Assembly (NCBI GenBank): GCA_026986575.1
Contig: JALSOH010000004.1
Location: 320,001 to 384,000, forward strand
Source: Thermoproteota archaeon
GTDB lineage: Archaea; Korarchaeota; Korarchaeia; Korarchaeales; Korarchaeaceae
Direction: 5' to 3'
Length of the DNA: 64,000 bases
Shown here: in pieces, positions 17,570 through 27,017 of the stretch
How positions within the stretch are numbered: the first letter of the stretch is position 1
Layout of the letters: the number at the start of each line of letters is the position of its first letter
Position numbers and translations under genes: made by a program
The notes under the pieces: generated by a model
Told to the model about the DNA's origin: nothing
What the model saw: the letters and a program-made list of their open reading frames with translations, nothing else
Databases searched by the model: none

Positions 17570-18562
17570 TCAGTAACCCGCTCTCTTAAGTAGGGTTTCC
17601 CACTGTCTGTCTACCCATTCTTGGAACTTCTCTATCATCCACTTGTTCTCGGGCTTGAACATGTGCCTGAACCTTCCTTGAAGCTTCAAGTACTCCTCGA
17701 CGGGCTTCTTCCTGTCAGGATTCTTAGCTATGGATACGCTCGGACCGGTGAGCCTGTATTCCCCATCCACGACCTCGTAGAGAGGAAAGACGCACGTCTC
17801 GACGGCCAGCTTCATGATCTTCACTGTATCCTCCGGGGCGCTTCCCCAACCTAGCGGGCATGTGGAGAAGGCGTGAATGAACGCTGGACCCTCCGCCTCG
17901 AAACCCTTCCTGAACTTGACAAGCGCGTCGTTCCAGTAGGCAGGAGAAACTGTAGCTGCATAAGGTATCCCGTGGGCCACCATTATGTCCATTATCGGCT
18001 TCTTGAAGAGGGGTTTACCCTTGATCACCTTGCCTACGGGAGTGGTGGTGGTCCTCGCTCCGAAGGGCGTTCCACCCGACCTCTGTATACCAGTGTTCAT
18101 GTAAGCCTCGTTATCGTATAGCACATACATGATCTTATGTCTCCTCTCAAAGGCCCCAGATATCGCCTGCAGTCCTATGTCGTAGGTACCTCCATCCCCG
18201 CCAAGCACTATCACGTCGTAATCCAGCTCAACATCGGGATCTCCCTCGAACCTGTTCACTCTAGCTAGCTTCTTTCTAGCAGCTTCCACTCCGGATCCGA
18301 CAGCAGCAGCATTCTCAAAGGCATTGTGGGCCCAAGGGATGTTCCAAGAGGTGTACGGGAATATGGTCGTCGCTACCTCAACGCATCCCGTGGCATTTAT
18401 CCAGACTAGCGGCTTTCTAGCTGTCATGGCTATCTGCCTTATTATTATCCCCGCGCCACAGCCGGCGCACAACCTGTGACCGGACTCCACAGGCCTTTTC
18501 TGACCCTCTATCCTTGCCAGTTCCTTAATATCTGGCCTCCATATAGCCTTAGCTACCATCAC
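17570..18562 (-). CDS. porB: Pyruvate/2-ketoisovalerate:ferredoxin oxidoreductase beta subunit
   Basis: GHRLCAGCG, NATGC, GGDGGTYDIG, YDNEAYMNTGIQRS TPP-binding motif. Confidence 0.95.
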   Translation of the reverse strand: MMVAKAIWRPDIKELARIEGQKRPVESGHRLCAGCGAGIIIRQIAMTARKPLVWINATGCVEVATTIFPYTSWNIPWAHNAFENAAAVGSGVEAARKKLARVNRFEGDPDVELDYDVIVLGGDGGTYDIGLQAISGAFERRHKIMYVLYDNEAYMNTGIQRSGGTPFGARTTTTPVGKVIKGKPLFKKPIMDIMVAHGIPYAATVSPAYWNDALVKFRKGFEAEGPAFIHAFSTCPLGWGSAPEDTVKIMKLAVETCVFPLYEVVDGEYRLTGPSVSIAKNPDRKKPVEEYLKLQGRFRHMFKPENKWMIEKFQEWVDRQWETLLKRAGY

Positions 18563-19806
18563 TCCCTCACCCCCAGATACTTGATAACAGGCTTCTCTGG
18601 TTCTTCTCTAGCCTCAATAAGCTCGTTAAACGCCTTCTTTATCAGTTTAGGCGGTAAATCTCTTCCCCCAAGACCGTATATGTAGTCGTACACGGTGGGC
18701 TTCGAGGAGGAGCTGTAAAGGGCAGATCTCACCTCCATGAACACGGGACCACCCTCGGCCCCGAAGCTCAAAGATCTATCGAGGATACCGACAGTGCTGA
18801 CCTTCGAAAGCTCCTTCCTAATAATATCAGCTGGGAAAGGTCTGAATACCCTCAACCTTATGGCACCCACCTTCTTCCCCTCACTCCTCAGCTCGTCCAC
18901 CACCTTCCTCACCACGCTCATGGTCGAGGAGAGGCCTAGAAGCACGACATCCGCATCCTCCGTTTTATAGGGGATCATATGGACGGGCTCATAAGACCTC
19001 CCGCTTATCTCGGTGAACTCCCTGTGGACCTTCTCTATGACAGGGACGGAAGCCTTCATGGCCTCATTCTGCTGGACCTTATGCTCGAAGTAGTAGTCAA
19101 ACAGGTCCAGCGGCCCGAACGATATCGGATACTTCGGGTTCAGCATCAGTGGTATCTCCTTCTCCCCGTAGATGTGGGGTAGCTTGATCCTCGGTACCTT
19201 CCTGACCCCGACGAAGTTTGAGACAACCTCATCAGGAAGAACTGAGACGTTTTGCAGCGTGTGGGATATGGTGAATCCATCTAAAGTTATCATGACGGGC
19301 AACATCGCCTCCTCAGCTATCCTGAAGGCCATTATGGTGTTATCATAGGCTTCCTGCGCATCTTCGCTGTAGATCTGAATCCAACCGGAATCCCTAGCCC
19401 CCATGCTGTCACTATGATCGTTATGAATGTTTATCGGCGCGCTTAAAGCTCTGTTGACGACGGCCATGACGACTGGAGTCCTAGTGGAAGCGGTTATGTA
19501 CAAGATCTCCCACATTAGGGCTAGGCCGTTTGCAGCAGTAGCAGTAAACGCTCTCGCCCCAGCGAGAGCCGCTCCCCAACTCGCACTCAGGGCACTGTGC
19601 TCGCTTTCCACCCTTATGAATTCCATGTCCACCTCTCCATTGTGGACGAACTCGGATATCCTCTCTACAATTATTGTTTGTGGAGTTATAGGATAGGCTG
19701 CGACCACATCCACATTGCTCTGTTTCACAGCCCAGGCAACGGCCTCATCTCCATTAAGGGCCATCATGGTTTGACTAACCGACTTCTGAACTACCATCAA
19801 ACTCAC
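18559..19806 (-). CDS. porA: Pyruvate/2-ketoisovalerate:ferredoxin oxidoreductase alpha subunit
   Basis: AAYPITPQT, VESEHSALS, NRALSAPINIHNDH, YGLGGRD. Confidence 0.95.
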   Translation of the reverse strand: MSLMVVQKSVSQTMMALNGDEAVAWAVKQSNVDVVAAYPITPQTIIVERISEFVHNGEVDMEFIRVESEHSALSASWGAALAGARAFTATAANGLALMWEILYITASTRTPVVMAVVNRALSAPINIHNDHSDSMGARDSGWIQIYSEDAQEAYDNTIMAFRIAEEAMLPVMITLDGFTISHTLQNVSVLPDEVVSNFVGVRKVPRIKLPHIYGEKEIPLMLNPKYPISFGPLDLFDYYFEHKVQQNEAMKASVPVIEKVHREFTEISGRSYEPVHMIPYKTEDADVVLLGLSSTMSVVRKVVDELRSEGKKVGAIRLRVFRPFPADIIRKELSKVSTVGILDRSLSFGAEGGPVFMEVRSALYSSSSKPTVYDYIYGLGGRDLPPKLIKKAFNELIEAREEPEKPVIKYLGVRE

Positions 19807-19809
19807 CCC

Positions 19810-20085
19810 TCATATCCTGACCATCTCTATTGCCTTAGTGGGGCACTCCGTAGCGCATATCCCACAGCCCTTGCAGTGATCCAAGTCGGGAACGGGAACG
19901 CTTTCCCCATCCCACCTGTACACGCTGTCAGGGCAATACATCCAACAGAGCCCGCACTTCACACACTTGCTCTCATCGATCTTAGGCTGGAATACCGCCC
20001 ACTCTCCAGTGGGGTATTCCTTCGCACTCAAGAAGGGAACTGCTGCCATAGGAAGATCCTTCCATCCAACCATCGGGGTGCTCAT
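19810..20085 (-). CDS. porD: Oxidoreductase delta subunit (2x[4Fe-4S])
   Basis: TGEW, CVKCGLCWMYCP, CKGCGICATECP. Confidence 0.95.
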   Translation of the reverse strand: MSTPMVGWKDLPMAAVPFLSAKEYPTGEWAVFQPKIDESKCVKCGLCWMYCPDSVYRWDGESVPVPDLDHCKGCGICATECPTKAIEMVRI

Positions 20086-20669
20086 ACACTTACCACCTCT
20101 TTGGCGGGATCCGATCTAGCCTCTTTTATCGCTCTCTTGAGAGCGTTAATGTTCTTCTCCCCTACAGAGCCGGGCCATCTCCACAATATGCCCTGCTCTA
20201 GGTACTCCACGGGTAGCAGTTTAGTTGCAGCAAGTAGCACTCCCAGCATCGTTGTATTGGGAGAGGCCCTGCCTATCTCCTCTAGAGCGATGGTCGTTGC
20301 ATCGACGGACCACACATGAACCTCCTCTGGCAGGCCTAGCTCCTCTCTCAGCTCTGAAGGAGATTCTTCGCTGTTAGCTAGGAAGTAACCACCCCTCCTC
20401 AGACCGCTCAGAAGCGAGGTCATGTACCTCTGCTTTAGCAGGCTGGGATCTATCACTATGACTATATCCGGCTCGTATATGGGTCCCCTGTCCACTATAG
20501 GCTTATCGTCGATCCTGTTGAACGCGGTCACCGGACCACCTATCCTCTCAGGACCGAATTGTGGGAAGGACTGCGCGTATTTACCTGCTTTAATGGCCGA
20601 GTAAGCGAGTACAGCAGACCCGCTCCAAACACCTTGTCCTCCTCTACCGTGCCATCTTATCTCAATCAG
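20082..20669 (-). CDS. porG: Oxidoreductase gamma subunit (probable CTG start)
   Basis: Frame extends upstream of the listed ORF as (M)IEIRWHGRGGQGVWSGS...AQSFPQFGPERIGGPV; this conserved N-terminus begins at CTG 20669 after GGTGGT SD. Confidence 0.93.
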   Translation of the reverse strand: MIEIRWHGRGGQGVWSGSAVLAYSAIKAGKYAQSFPQFGPERIGGPVTAFNRIDDKPIVDRGPIYEPDIVIVIDPSLLKQRYMTSLLSGLRRGGYFLANSEESPSELREELGLPEEVHVWSVDATTIALEEIGRASPNTTMLGVLLAATKLLPVEYLEQGILWRWPGSVGEKNINALKRAIKEARSDPAKEVVSV

Positions 20670-20881
20670 GGGATACCACCCCTACAGTATGACCATCTTT
20701 AAGGGTAAAAAGATATCTAGATTGTCCAATCTTGAGCTTGAGAGATTTCTAGATCTCTTTTTACACTAAAATAGTGTATGATTAACGTGAAGGCCCTCTA
20801 CTGATTATTATACGTAAACATTTATCTGCCTCAGAGAGGTCCCTCCCACGTCACCTACATCTAATTAATGCGGATAGCCAC

Positions 20882-21439
20882 TTACTGGTAGGTTCTTTCA
20901 CTTAGGAACCTAGGGGCCAAAATAGACAGCAGAAGCGATGTCGTGGCCTCGGTTGTCGGGCCGATTGCTACTGCGCCACCACCTGCCACGGGAAGGAACA
21001 AGCCCACGAATCCCAGGACGAACGCCTCCGTAGGAGGGAACCCGAATATCATGTAAAGGATCCACGACGTCAATATGTCGTATAGGAAGGTAGACAGGTA
21101 TGCTATTACAAAGATGAATACTCGTTCTTTAATCCGTAATCTAGCCCAGATTGCCCCTATAGCCCCTGCTAGACCACCATCTACTAGAGTCCAGATACCT
21201 AACCCTATTATACTATCGGACACTAAAAAGGAGAGGAATCCCACGCCGAAGCCCACACTACTCCCATAAAGCATACCGGCTAACATCGTAAAGAGCAGAG
21301 GTAAGTTAACGAACTGAAGGGGACCTACAAGGACATGCTTCCCTATCCTAGCGGCTACAGCTAGAGCGCTCCATACACCTATCTGTGCGGTCACTTTTGA
21401 AAGTGAAGCATCTTTTTTATCCCTTATCATTGCCATCAT
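20882..21439 (-). CDS. ECF transporter S component
   Basis: About 6 TM helices, AGMLYGSSVGFGVG, LVSDSIIGLGIWT. Confidence 0.8.
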   Translation of the reverse strand: MMAMIRDKKDASLSKVTAQIGVWSALAVAARIGKHVLVGPLQFVNLPLLFTMLAGMLYGSSVGFGVGFLSFLVSDSIIGLGIWTLVDGGLAGAIGAIWARLRIKERVFIFVIAYLSTFLYDILTSWILYMIFGFPPTEAFVLGFVGLFLPVAGGGAVAIGPTTEATTSLLLSILAPRFLSERTYQ

Positions 21440-21558
21440 CCCAATTCAATGTAAATTTTAGTTAGATTAACTGTGTTTTTCGATGGCATGAGCCTCAGCC
21501 ATGTGAGTTTACATGATGGAATTTAAATAGATGAGTGGTCGGTTATCCCGGTGTAAGC

Positions 21559-22266
21559 ATGGGCCATGTGCACAACCACTCCCAGAGGGTCATTGACGAG
21601 CAAACGGCGTCTCAGCTTAAGGCCAGATTTGACGCCGAGATGATTCGACCTATAGAGCTTATCATGTTCAAAGGCGTGGGCAACGAGGAATACTCTCAGT
21701 GGACAGAACAGCTGCTAAGGGAACTGGATGACCTATCTGATAAGATAAGGGTCGAGATACACGATGTTACCTTGGAACCCGAACTCATAGAGGAGTTCAA
21801 AGTAGCGAAGACGCCCACTATTCTAATAGACCCTAGATCCGGATACAAGATAAGATACACAGGCGCTCCAGCAGGATACGAGGCTTGGGCATTCGTGGAG
21901 ACCATGATACTGGTAAGCAGGGATTATAGTGGTCTCTCGGATCGAGTCAAGGAGATTCTCAAGGAGGCTAGAAATTACGGCAAAGAGGCTCATATAATGA
22001 TATTCGTGACTCCAACGTGCCCCTACTGCCCGAATCAGGTCCTTCTAGCCAATAAGTTTGCCATAGAGCTCAAAGGAAAGGTCGAGGCGGACTGCGTGGA
22101 GGCATACGAAAATCCTGACCTAGCTGATATGTACCACGTCTCTGCCGTTCCTCATAATGTGATAGCCGTGAGAGACAATGGCAAGGAGATACCTAAGGAG
22201 ATCTCCATAGGGGTGCAACCGGAGGAGAAGTACGCAATGGATCTAATCAAGGCTCTGAGGGAATAG
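21559..22266 (+). CDS. Protein disulfide oxidoreductase (PDO / AhpF-NTD-like, two thioredoxin folds)
   Basis: IRYTGAPAGYE, FVTPTCPYCP, VEAYENPDLADMYHVSAVP. Confidence 0.88.
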   Translation: MGHVHNHSQRVIDEQTASQLKARFDAEMIRPIELIMFKGVGNEEYSQWTEQLLRELDDLSDKIRVEIHDVTLEPELIEEFKVAKTPTILIDPRSGYKIRYTGAPAGYEAWAFVETMILVSRDYSGLSDRVKEILKEARNYGKEAHIMIFVTPTCPYCPNQVLLANKFAIELKGKVEADCVEAYENPDLADMYHVSAVPHNVIAVRDNGKEIPKEISIGVQPEEKYAMDLIKALRE

Positions 22267-22269
22267 GGT

Positions 22270-23181
22270 ATGGATTACCACATCCTCCTCACGAACGATG
22301 ATGGGCTTCATTCCGCCCCTTTCAGGGCTTTTTGGACTGGTCTAATGGAGAGGAAGATCGGTAAGGTAACTGTTGTTGTCCCTGAGCACGAGATGAGTGC
22401 AGCCGGAAAAGGAATAACCCTCCACAAGCCTCTCAGGATAAGGAAGCTTCCTGTGAAGGTGAGGAGTTTCGGGTATAGAGAAGCGTTTACAGTCAGCGGA
22501 ACCCCTGGAGATGCCGTCACCGTTGCTGTGAAGTATATAATGGATTCAGAACCTGATGTTGTGGTCTCCGGTATAAATGTGGGTGACAACATAACATTGG
22601 ACAACATATTCACGAGCGGTACCATTGCGGCAGCCCTGCAAGGCACGATAATGGGGATCACATCATCTGCATTTAGCGTGGAGATACCCGCTGGACAGCC
22701 CAGCCGCCCAGTAGACAGGTTCCTACCTCACGCCAGACTAGCAGCGATGATAGCGGAGTGGCTGGTCAAGAAGGGACTGCCGGAGGGCGTAGATCTGCTC
22801 AACGTGAACTTTCCTTATAAGATATCAGAGGACACGCCCATAAGGATAACTAGGCTGGCTAGAATGAAGTTTGAGAACTACGTACTGGAGAGGATAGATA
22901 CTAGGGGGAATCCGTACTATTGGCTGGGTGGAAATCCTGTTCCAGTAACCGAGAAGGATAGGGGCACTGATCTTTACGCCCTAATGGTGGAGAGAGCAGT
23001 TTCCATAACTCCCATAAGCTTGGATCTAAGTGTAAGGGAGTTAGACTGTGAGAAGCTGAACAGAAAAAGGAGAAGGGCTTTGGAGGAGATCGCCTCCATG
23101 GTGGATCATCTCAAGGAGTATCTCGTGGATCTTACCAGAAAACACTCACACGTTCAGGAGGAAGAGACCTCCTCTCTCTAG
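22270..23181 (+). CDS. surE: 5'/3'-nucleotidase SurE
   Basis: ILLTNDDG, GTPGD, VVSGINVGDN, SGTI, LNVNFP, PYYW, SITPI. Confidence 0.95.
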   Translation: MDYHILLTNDDGLHSAPFRAFWTGLMERKIGKVTVVVPEHEMSAAGKGITLHKPLRIRKLPVKVRSFGYREAFTVSGTPGDAVTVAVKYIMDSEPDVVVSGINVGDNITLDNIFTSGTIAAALQGTIMGITSSAFSVEIPAGQPSRPVDRFLPHARLAAMIAEWLVKKGLPEGVDLLNVNFPYKISEDTPIRITRLARMKFENYVLERIDTRGNPYYWLGGNPVPVTEKDRGTDLYALMVERAVSITPISLDLSVRELDCEKLNRKRRRALEEIASMVDHLKEYLVDLTRKHSHVQEEETSSL

Positions 23182-23559
23182 ATCCCTCTTCAACTCCCCT
23201 TCAAGTTCTATAATCGCTATCTCACAAGTTCCCCCGACGTATCCCTCGACGAGATGGCCCGCCACTGTCCTCTCCTTATTCCCCAAGACTACGTGGATGT
23301 GGGCAAAGGGCTTCCCTTCCCTGAGGCTTACGTTCCCGGCTAGGGAGGCTAGCTCCATTGGCGTATTCACATCGAAGGTCTCATACTCCTCCTTCTCTGG
23401 ATTGAACACGGCGAGTTTAGTCTTGCTTAACAACCCTAAACCAGACAGAACCGCCCCTCCTATTCCCGCCTCAGCACAGGCCTTAATTACTGAGGAGACG
23501 ACCTCTTCCCCCCGATCTACTCTTATCACATGTACCTTCTTTACGCCGAACGACTTCAA
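23146..23559 (-). CDS. PPC/DUF296 domain protein
   Basis: RVDRGEEV, ELASLAGNVS, HIHVVLG, AGHL; TTG start after GGGTGG SD. Confidence 0.88.
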   Translation of the reverse strand: MKSFGVKKVHVIRVDRGEEVVSSVIKACAEAGIGGAVLSGLGLLSKTKLAVFNPEKEEYETFDVNTPMELASLAGNVSLREGKPFAHIHVVLGNKERTVAGHLVEGYVGGTCEIAIIELEGELKRDLERGGLFLLNV

Positions 23560-23560
23560 C

Positions 23561-24553
23561 TCAACCACCCGCACTAGGCTGTATGGGATACATAATAGGG
23601 GTAGCTTCACCGGCCGTGACTATTATGGTAGCATTAGACCTAGCTATGTCCTTCAGCCCCTCTAGGTAGATGACTAGTGGTGCTATCTTATCCGGATCGG
23701 CTCCCGATCTAACTAGTATGTCTATAGATCTCGCCGTCCCATTGGCTATTATGATCCTAGACTTGGCCTCACCCTCAGCCTCAAGCACCTTGGCAGTAGC
23801 TGAGGCGTTAGCGAGTATTATGGTCCTGTTCCTGTCGTAGTAAGCAGCTATCATCCTCTGCTGGGACGTTAGCTTCTCCTGAATGGCCTTCAGGAATTCC
23901 TCAGGAAGCTTGATGTTCCTAACGTAGACCTCATCTATCACTACACCTCCGCCTGTTGTCTCGTCCTTAGTGAACACCTCTTGGAGAAGGCTGAATATTT
24001 CACCACTAATCCTGTCCCTAGCTACGGGTACTTCTGCAGCTTCGTACTTGGAGAGGACATCTCTAGCGATCTTCCTTATCTCAGGTATTATCAGCTTCTC
24101 CTCGTAGTCCAGAGCTGGGTAAGATTCTACGATCTTTGGTACCGAGCTAGGGATTATGTGCCACCTGACGGTCAGGTCCACCCACGCCTGTAGTCCATCC
24201 TTGGTGAGCGATTCTATAGCTGGGTAGTCTCCTATAGCGCTACCGTAACCGTGCTGGACAGCGTTGACATCGGTCCACATGTGGACTGCATCCGTGGCGA
24301 TGTAGACCTTCTTGACCGACTGCCAAGGCATCTTGAAGGCCACCTTAGGCCCTATGACTGGCCCTGACACCTCTCCTGTGAAAGGATCTACTGTCACAGC
24401 TGCATAACCCAGTTCAACGGTATATACACTCAGGAAAGAGGCTATCAGCAGGAGGATCACAAGGGCAGCAGCTAACAACACTCTACCACTAATTTTAGGC
24501 TGGTAGGGAAGTTCAGGCGTGTACACAGGTATCTCATCGTCTCTCCTAGGCAT
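23561..24553 (-). CDS. SPFH / prohibitin (band 7) family membrane protein
   Basis: N-terminal TM, LTKDGL, IDEVYVRNIKLPEEFLKAIQEK, EAEGEA coiled coil. Confidence 0.9.
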   Translation of the reverse strand: MPRRDDEIPVYTPELPYQPKISGRVLLAAALVILLLIASFLSVYTVELGYAAVTVDPFTGEVSGPVIGPKVAFKMPWQSVKKVYIATDAVHMWTDVNAVQHGYGSAIGDYPAIESLTKDGLQAWVDLTVRWHIIPSSVPKIVESYPALDYEEKLIIPEIRKIARDVLSKYEAAEVPVARDRISGEIFSLLQEVFTKDETTGGGVVIDEVYVRNIKLPEEFLKAIQEKLTSQQRMIAAYYDRNRTIILANASATAKVLEAEGEAKSRIIIANGTARSIDILVRSGADPDKIAPLVIYLEGLKDIARSNATIIVTAGEATPIMYPIQPSAGG

Positions 24554-24625
24554 CTTTCAGCTCCCACCATAGTGAGGTATCTCGTCTTTTAAGTTAACAT
24601 GTAGCTGGAGCGATCAATGTGGGCG

Positions 24626-25399
24626 CTAACCGTGGTAGGGAAGACCCTTCTCTTCTTCCTCCGGTTTATACTCAGCTCCTTCACTGAGCTTTATTTCTTC
24701 CTTGATCATCTCCTCCGCCATCTCCGCTTCCCTCTCCAACTCCTCTAAGTCTATATTCAGGCCATATAATGCATCGATTACCTCCAATACCATCTTAGAG
24801 GCCTTGGGATCGGGGAAGGCGCCGCTGGTGGTTCCTAGAAGACAGGCGCTTGTTAATCCCCTGAGATCAGCGAGCCCAACTAAGAGACCAGCCGCTCCAG
24901 TCACATAACCGCCGGTTAGGGGCTTGACACCGGTAGACTCCAAGACCTTCATGAAGTCCTCGTCGTTGGTGCAGGCGAAGACACCCGTCACATCAGGCGA
25001 TCCCGGGACATACCCACCCATGGTAATGACCGTGGCAACCCCCAGCTCCTGAGCGAAGTCCAGCACGAGTTCCCCTATCTTGTATTGGCCGAAGGCGATT
25101 GGCTGAACCTCAGAGGTGAGCACCAAAATATCATTCTCGGGTCCCTTAACTAGATAGATCTCGTAGGTAGGTGGCTGTATCTCATCCCCCTCAATTCTCA
25201 CACCGGAGGATCCATCCGGTAGGGGAAGGTAATCACTATAGATAACCGCTATCTTCTTGGCTTCGAACTTTCTAATGAGATAGCTGGCAGCTATCTTCCC
25301 CACTAGACCGAGCCCTGGGACCCCCTGTATCAGGATAGGATTCCTCAGCGTCACTTCCTCTAGTCTCACTAGTTCAACGTACCCCACCGAGCTCCCCAT
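24626..25399 (-). CDS. PAC2-family proteasome assembly chaperone-like protein
   Basis: IQGVPGLGLVGKIA, TSEVQP, ITMGGY, GAAGLLVG, PDPKAS; C-terminus YHG. Confidence 0.88.
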   Translation of the reverse strand: MGSSVGYVELVRLEEVTLRNPILIQGVPGLGLVGKIAASYLIRKFEAKKIAVIYSDYLPLPDGSSGVRIEGDEIQPPTYEIYLVKGPENDILVLTSEVQPIAFGQYKIGELVLDFAQELGVATVITMGGYVPGSPDVTGVFACTNDEDFMKVLESTGVKPLTGGYVTGAAGLLVGLADLRGLTSACLLGTTSGAFPDPKASKMVLEVIDALYGLNIDLEELEREAEMAEEMIKEEIKLSEGAEYKPEEEEKGLPYHG

Positions 25400-25451
25400 C
25401 AGGGAGCCCTTAACTCAATATTAAACAATGAGGCCTACCTCCGGGGTACCG

Positions 25452-26795
25452 ATGCAATACGTGGTCGTGGGGCATGGCACAGCCGGGCAGACAGCTGCAG
25501 CCGTTTTGAAGAAGATGGATCCGGATTCGGAAGTTTACGTGATAGAAAAGGGAAAGCATGTCTCCATTCATCCATGTGCCTTGCCTATGGTCTTGGGAGG
25601 CAGACTACCACTGGAAACGGTCATAGAGACGGCGCCAAAGGGGAGGATAAACGTGCTTCTCAGATCAGAGGCGAAACACATTAACTTGGAAGATAAAACC
25701 CTCATCTTTGAGAGAGACGGTGAGACAGATGAGATACCTTACGACCGGCTGATAATAGCTACCGGACTCAAACCCATATTCCCCAAGGTTGAGGGCATGG
25801 ACCTAGAAGGGGTCGGAACCGTGTGGGACGTCGAATCCGTCGAGAGGCTCAGCAGAGCCTTGGGGAACATAGTGGTCGTGGTTGGTGGTAGCGCTACGGG
25901 AATAGAGGTCGCAGCAGAGCTAGCTAGAACTGGTCGAGATGTAACTCTAATAGAGGCTATGGGACAGCTCATGCCCGGGAAGATAGATCCCCCAATAGCC
26001 TCATCCGTAGCCAAGGCGCTCACTGACATGGGAGTCAAGGTAAAGCTGAAGACGCCCATGACCAAGCTGGAGGGATCGGGTGGCAGGCTCCGATATGTTG
26101 TAACTCCTGCCGGGAAGATAGAGGCTGAAACGGCCGTGGTCGTCATAGGAGCCAAGCCTAATTCAGATTTAGCCGCTGCATCAGGGTTGAAGATAGGAGA
26201 CACTGGTGCCATCAAGGTGGACGATTACCTATTCACATCAGACCCTCATGTCCTCGCTGCAGGCGATGTCGCTGAGGTGAGGGATTTCGTAACGGGTCAG
26301 CCAACTGCAACCGGCTTGGCATCAACAGCTCTTGTTCAAGGTAGAATAGCGGCCGAGAACGCAGCAGGCCTTAAAGTCAGATACAAAGGGGCTCTTTCCC
26401 CGTATTTGGTCTCTGTGGGTGAGTACTGGTTCGGTGGGGTCGGTATATCGGCTAGTAAGGCGGAAAAACTCGGGATGGAATACAGAGCATTCAGGTTTGC
26501 TGGATCTGACCTTCCGAGATACATGCCGGAGAGAGACAGGTTCGTGGTGTGGCTGGTGACTGGTCCCAAGGGAAGACTATTGGGCGCTCAGGTCTTCGGT
26601 AGGAGGGGGGTGAGGGAAAGGGTGGTCTTCCTGACGGCCGCCATTTATGCGGGCTTTCATGTACAGGACATGAGGCTGATGGAGTTCGCTTATCAGCCAG
26701 AGGTATGTGACCTGTTAGATCCGGTTGCAGTGGCTGCGGAGGGGATGAGCAGGAAGTACCGGCTATTGGAACCTGCCGGTGACAAGATTGGCTAG
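25452..26795 (+). CDS. NADH oxidase / CoA-disulfide reductase family flavoprotein
   Basis: VVVGHGTAG, SIHPCALP (redox Cys), IIATG, VVGGSATG, AAGDVAE, FAYQP. Confidence 0.88.
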   Translation: MQYVVVGHGTAGQTAAAVLKKMDPDSEVYVIEKGKHVSIHPCALPMVLGGRLPLETVIETAPKGRINVLLRSEAKHINLEDKTLIFERDGETDEIPYDRLIIATGLKPIFPKVEGMDLEGVGTVWDVESVERLSRALGNIVVVVGGSATGIEVAAELARTGRDVTLIEAMGQLMPGKIDPPIASSVAKALTDMGVKVKLKTPMTKLEGSGGRLRYVVTPAGKIEAETAVVVIGAKPNSDLAAASGLKIGDTGAIKVDDYLFTSDPHVLAAGDVAEVRDFVTGQPTATGLASTALVQGRIAAENAAGLKVRYKGALSPYLVSVGEYWFGGVGISASKAEKLGMEYRAFRFAGSDLPRYMPERDRFVVWLVTGPKGRLLGAQVFGRRGVRERVVFLTAAIYAGFHVQDMRLMEFAYQPEVCDLLDPVAVAAEGMSRKYRLLEPAGDKIG

Positions 26796-27017
26796 CAGCC
26801 CTCTGGGCCTCCGGCCCACCCAGTAAACTTCCTTATCCAACAATCTAGCAAGGAAAGCGATCAGAGAGGTATCTGGATCCGAGCAACCGCCATCGATCAC
26901 CACGGAGTCGACGCTTAGAATGGTTTTAACGACCTCCTCCCATCCCTTATCGGTCTCTATCGGAACTCCATCGGGAAGGGAGTTACATCTAGGAAGATAG
27001 GCCACCTTCTCAGCCAT
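26763..27017 (-). CDS. Small hypothetical protein (Rossmann-like)
   Basis: GGTGA SD, overlaps the DUF354 stop; pattern ILSVDSVVID...A-x-x-L-D-K-E-V resembles a nucleoside deoxyribosyltransferase fold (weak). Confidence 0.55.
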   Translation of the reverse strand: MAEKVAYLPRCNSLPDGVPIETDKGWEEVVKTILSVDSVVIDGGCSDPDTSLIAFLARLLDKEVYWVGRRPRGLLANLVTGRFQ

